Source: Macrostomum lignano (Eukaryota). From it: DNA of 64,000 nt. The notes beneath the pieces are model-generated. The model was not told the DNA's origin and ran no database searches. It was given only the letters and a program-made list of their open reading frames with translations. The stretch spans positions 186,001-250,000 of the forward strand of contig NIVC01000594.1 of the NCBI GenBank assembly GCA_002269645.1, given 5' to 3'. Each line of letters starts with the position of its first letter. The stretch's first letter is position 1. Below, in pieces: positions 61,100 to 64,000 of this stretch. A program made the translations under genes and the position numbers.

Positions 61100-61692
61100 A
61101 TGCTGCCCGAAACGGCCAGGATTTTCCTAGAAACCAGCAGCATCCGAGGCGTTGGCAAAGTGTTTAAGACCCAGAGCCCGCTGCTGAGCCGGATGTGGGG
61201 CATCTTTGTACTCGGCTCGACCTCCTTTCTGTTCTACAGCGTGTTCAAGATCACCCTGGATTACCTGCAGTACGACGTCAACATCCAGACATATCAAGAG
61301 ATCGATGACGAGACGCCGTTCCCGGCCGTGAGCATCTGCAACAACCAGCCATTTTCCGTGAACGCCTACCAGCGCTGGTCGAACAACAAAGCATGTCGCC
61401 GACGGAGTTTAACAAGTACCTTCGCCAGCAAGCCCTGAGCTTGGTGAGCCCCGACTTAATGAGGGACAAGTATCGCGACCTACAGGCCGCTAGAGACAGA
61501 AAAGACTCAAAAGCGTTCAGACAAATTCACCAGTCAATGTTTGATAGCAGTGTCGCTGCTATGACGTACTCATTGATCTACGACAATCTAAGGATGTACT
61601 ACCAGAATATGCTAGCGGACGAGGCGATGGAACTGGGCCACACCAGGAACGAGTCGATTGTTGACTGCATCTTCAAGTACGGATCGATTCAG
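61100..61692 (+). CDS. Second DEG/ENaC subunit, exon 1 (apparent 1-bp deletion near 61389)
   Basis: FLETSSIRGV, TM1 (WGIFVLGSTSFLFYSVF), FPAVSICNNQPF. The frame shifts at AACAAA(A)GCATG; exon ends IVDCIFKYGSIQ|GT. Confidence 0.85.
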
Positions 61693-61790
61693 GTCTGCCC
61701 CTTTAACTTGATATTTGCTAGGAGCTATACCTTGCCACGGACAGTGTCGTGAAGTCATTGCGTCGCTTGCATTTCAAAACCCCATCGCAG

Positions 61791-62042
61791 GTTCTGGGCA
61801 CTCGTGGATGCCACGACGACATGGTCAAAGTGAAAACTTTCTCGGATCCAAACTTTTTCAACTGCCTGTCGGTGGAATTCACTCCGGAGTACGCCATGAC
61901 CATCATCAGCATCACGCTAATTGTGTGGCTCGGCCCGGACGACAGTTACGACATCCGGCACAGACAGAGCTTCCTGAACGAGGTCTACGAGCAGGCCTAT
62001 GGACTTAGAGTGGACGTTCACGAGCCGAAAACGCAGCCGAGG
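61791..62042 (+). CDS. Second DEG/ENaC subunit, exon 2
   Basis: ccatcgcAG|VLGTRGCHDDMVKVKTFSDPNFFNCLSV...GLRVDVHEPKTQPR|GTGAGG; phases 0/0. Confidence 0.82.
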
Positions 62043-62446
62043 GTGAGGGAGCTCTGATCCTTTACTCTTGTTTGCTAGGTAGTTCGCGCTAGTACAACAC
62101 TCACACAGGGGGTACAGAGGCCCTGACTTCTTCTCCTTAAGGCATGTACACTCTGTGCTTTGGATGTTGGATGTTGGATTGGCGAGAACCGCCCATTACA
62201 AGTCCCAAGTCAATTTTCGTGAACGAACCTCGAAATGAAGTAGAGTGGTATGTAATCGAACTTATGGACTTTGGCACAATTAGTCAGACAGAGCTACTCG
62301 CTTGGGTTACGAAGCAAAATTGGGAAGCAATTATAGACTTCCTAGTTTGAGAAATGTGTCCACAACTTTGCCTGTCTGTATAAAGAGTCTCCCATTCACT
62401 TAGCAGCTAATCGATTTCAACTCAGAGCTCAATTTTTCAACCCCAG

Positions 62447-63535
62447 GTGTTGGAGCAGGGCATCCAGACGGAACCCGGCAAGATGAACGAAATCAAGTAC
62501 CAGCCGATCCGGTTTGAGCGAAAGGACACTCCGAAAAATCCATGCATATCGCTGGATGCAGCCGAGAAGCAAAAGTTCCGGGATCTTAGAATGGAGTACA
62601 ACTATGACTTTGAACTCTGTTTGAACTCGAAAGTGCAGGAGGTGGTTTTGAACAAGTGCGGCTGCATGTACATCGAGCTGCCGAGAATCGCGATGCCTAA
62701 CAAAACCCACCCCTACTGCGGCTTCATGGACGAGAAGTTTAAAGAGCGCTCGCAGTGCGTCAAGTCACTGGACATGCGAACGATTCGCAAGTCATTCGAG
62801 GGCAAGGACTGCTTTCCCAAGTGCGTCGATTTGAGCTTCGAGAAGGAGCTCTCCACGACAAAGTGGCGCGAGACCAAATGGATGCTGCACTGGATCAAGG
62901 AGCTCTGCGAACGCTGGGACAAGCAATTTAAGCAGCTCAGCGGATCGAACGCCAGCGAGTTCGAGGAGAGCCTGACCGGCGTAACCGACTATCTCACGAG
63001 AGACAACATCACCGACCTCAGATCGCTCGGCAACAGCACCAGCAAGGCTTCGTTCGATTTCGATGATCGCTTCTCCTTCATAGTAGTGAAGCGGCAGAGC
63101 AACAACACATTTGTGAAGACTGAGAAGATCGTTCTAACGCTCAACGCGCTTTTTAGCCGAGTCGGTGGTCTCTGCTCAATGTACATTGGCCTGACGCTGA
63201 CCTTCATCATGGAGTTCATCGAGTTTATCTTTCGCCTGGCCTCCTGCGACAAAAGCAACGACAAAACCGGCGGGAACGGCGGCGACGACGGCGGTCGCAG
63301 CGAAGCGAAGTCCAACCAGTCAACCAGGAACTCTTGCCGAGTTGTGGAGGTCACCAGTCAGGACAATGGCGCGCCAGAGAACCAGAGCCTCATAGGCCAG
63401 CTCGCTGGAGACACTGAGCTCAGCGACAGCGGCAGCGTGATGCTGCCGGGATCCGAGCACCGGGTGCTCCCCGACAACCGGCCGGACTTCCGGCACGATC
63501 AGGTATGGGTCAAGCAGGCCGATTCTAGAGTGTAA
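62447..63535 (+). CDS. Second DEG/ENaC subunit, exon 3
   Basis: ccccAG|VLEQGIQTEPGK..., Cys-rich thumb (CLNSKVQEVVLNKCGC, CFPKC), TM2 SRVGGLCSMYIGLTLTFIMEFIEF, stop TAA. Confidence 0.9.
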   Translation: MLEQGIQTEPGKMNEIKYQPIRFERKDTPKNPCISLDAAEKQKFRDLRMEYNYDFELCLNSKVQEVVLNKCGCMYIELPRIAMPNKTHPYCGFMDEKFKERSQCVKSLDMRTIRKSFEGKDCFPKCVDLSFEKELSTTKWRETKWMLHWIKELCERWDKQFKQLSGSNASEFEESLTGVTDYLTRDNITDLRSLGNSTSKASFDFDDRFSFIVVKRQSNNTFVKTEKIVLTLNALFSRVGGLCSMYIGLTLTFIMEFIEFIFRLASCDKSNDKTGGNGGDDGGRSEAKSNQSTRNSCRVVEVTSQDNGAPENQSLIGQLAGDTELSDSGSVMLPGSEHRVLPDNRPDFRHDQVWVKQADSRV

Positions 63536-64000
63536 CCAGGCAATGAGCTGCAGAACAGAACTCAAGCACTGCGTCTGATTGAACCAAAAAAGTAAACTTG
63601 ATTTTTTGAAGCCGTTCAAATATTTTAAACAAAAAAGTTTCCATTATTATAATTTTGTTTGTGCGTCAAAAATTTTGAAGCGTTAATTTTTTAATCTTCA
63701 GCTTTTGCAGCTGCGTACATGTACTTGATGACGATATTACGCAATCAATTAACGAATTTCTGTTTATCTCTTGAAGGAATAGGGTTATTTTTGTTTCATT
63801 TTCATTTTTTATGTTTGGTGTGGCCATTGCACTGCTAACCATGCGTTTCTTCATTGCCTACTTTTATTAAAGTCCCTAAACTAAACTATTGTACTTAAGA
63901 AATCACGATTAAGTCTGCCATAAATTTTTGAGACACCCTGGAAAGTTCATTCACCACTTAAAATAAAAAGCAGCTTTAACTGTCTAGTTTAGAACGCTTT

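Noticed and set aside
61693-61721. Possible 29-nt micro-intron (GT...ttgctAG), in frame, adding 23 codons
   Set aside because: The 98-nt intron to the atcgcAG acceptor at 61790 fits the family's Cys spacing and the locally preferred acceptor better. The short form stays possible only as a minor isoform.

Overview
Eukaryotic (metazoan) genomic DNA with GC-rich exons and introns packed with tandem repeats. The style resembles a free-living flatworm such as Macrostomum, but this is inference and unverified. Four host genes can be reconstructed by hand: (1) a 12-exon alpha-spectrin on the minus strand (27233-6292, about 2427 aa, one apparent 1-bp homopolymer frameshift, divergent SH3); (2) an intronless DEG/ENaC channel (36421-38043, +); (3) a 10-exon LRRC74-like LRR + EF-hand gene (46168-38274, -); (4) a second, 3-exon DEG/ENaC channel (61100-63535, +, one apparent frameshift). 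Mobile elements: a triple-nested transposon (mariner, interrupted by a THAP/P-element with an 8-bp TSD, whose left TIR is interrupted by a TATA-TSD MITE), an intact 183-bp hAT MITE, a Penelope-like C-terminal remnant followed by a minimal hammerhead ribozyme motif, and a 3'-truncated R1/LOA-like LINE sitting in a 20-bp minisatellite. Most larger introns carry their own private minisatellite. The most striking is about 69 tandem copies of a unit reading ttccttcAG|GTGAGT on the sense strand, i.e. back-to-back acceptor/donor (recursive-splicing-like) sites. Several stretches (1-5.3 kb, 34.4-36 kb, 46.2-48.4 kb, 54-57 kb, 59.7-60.4 kb) hold exon-like fragments I could not assemble.
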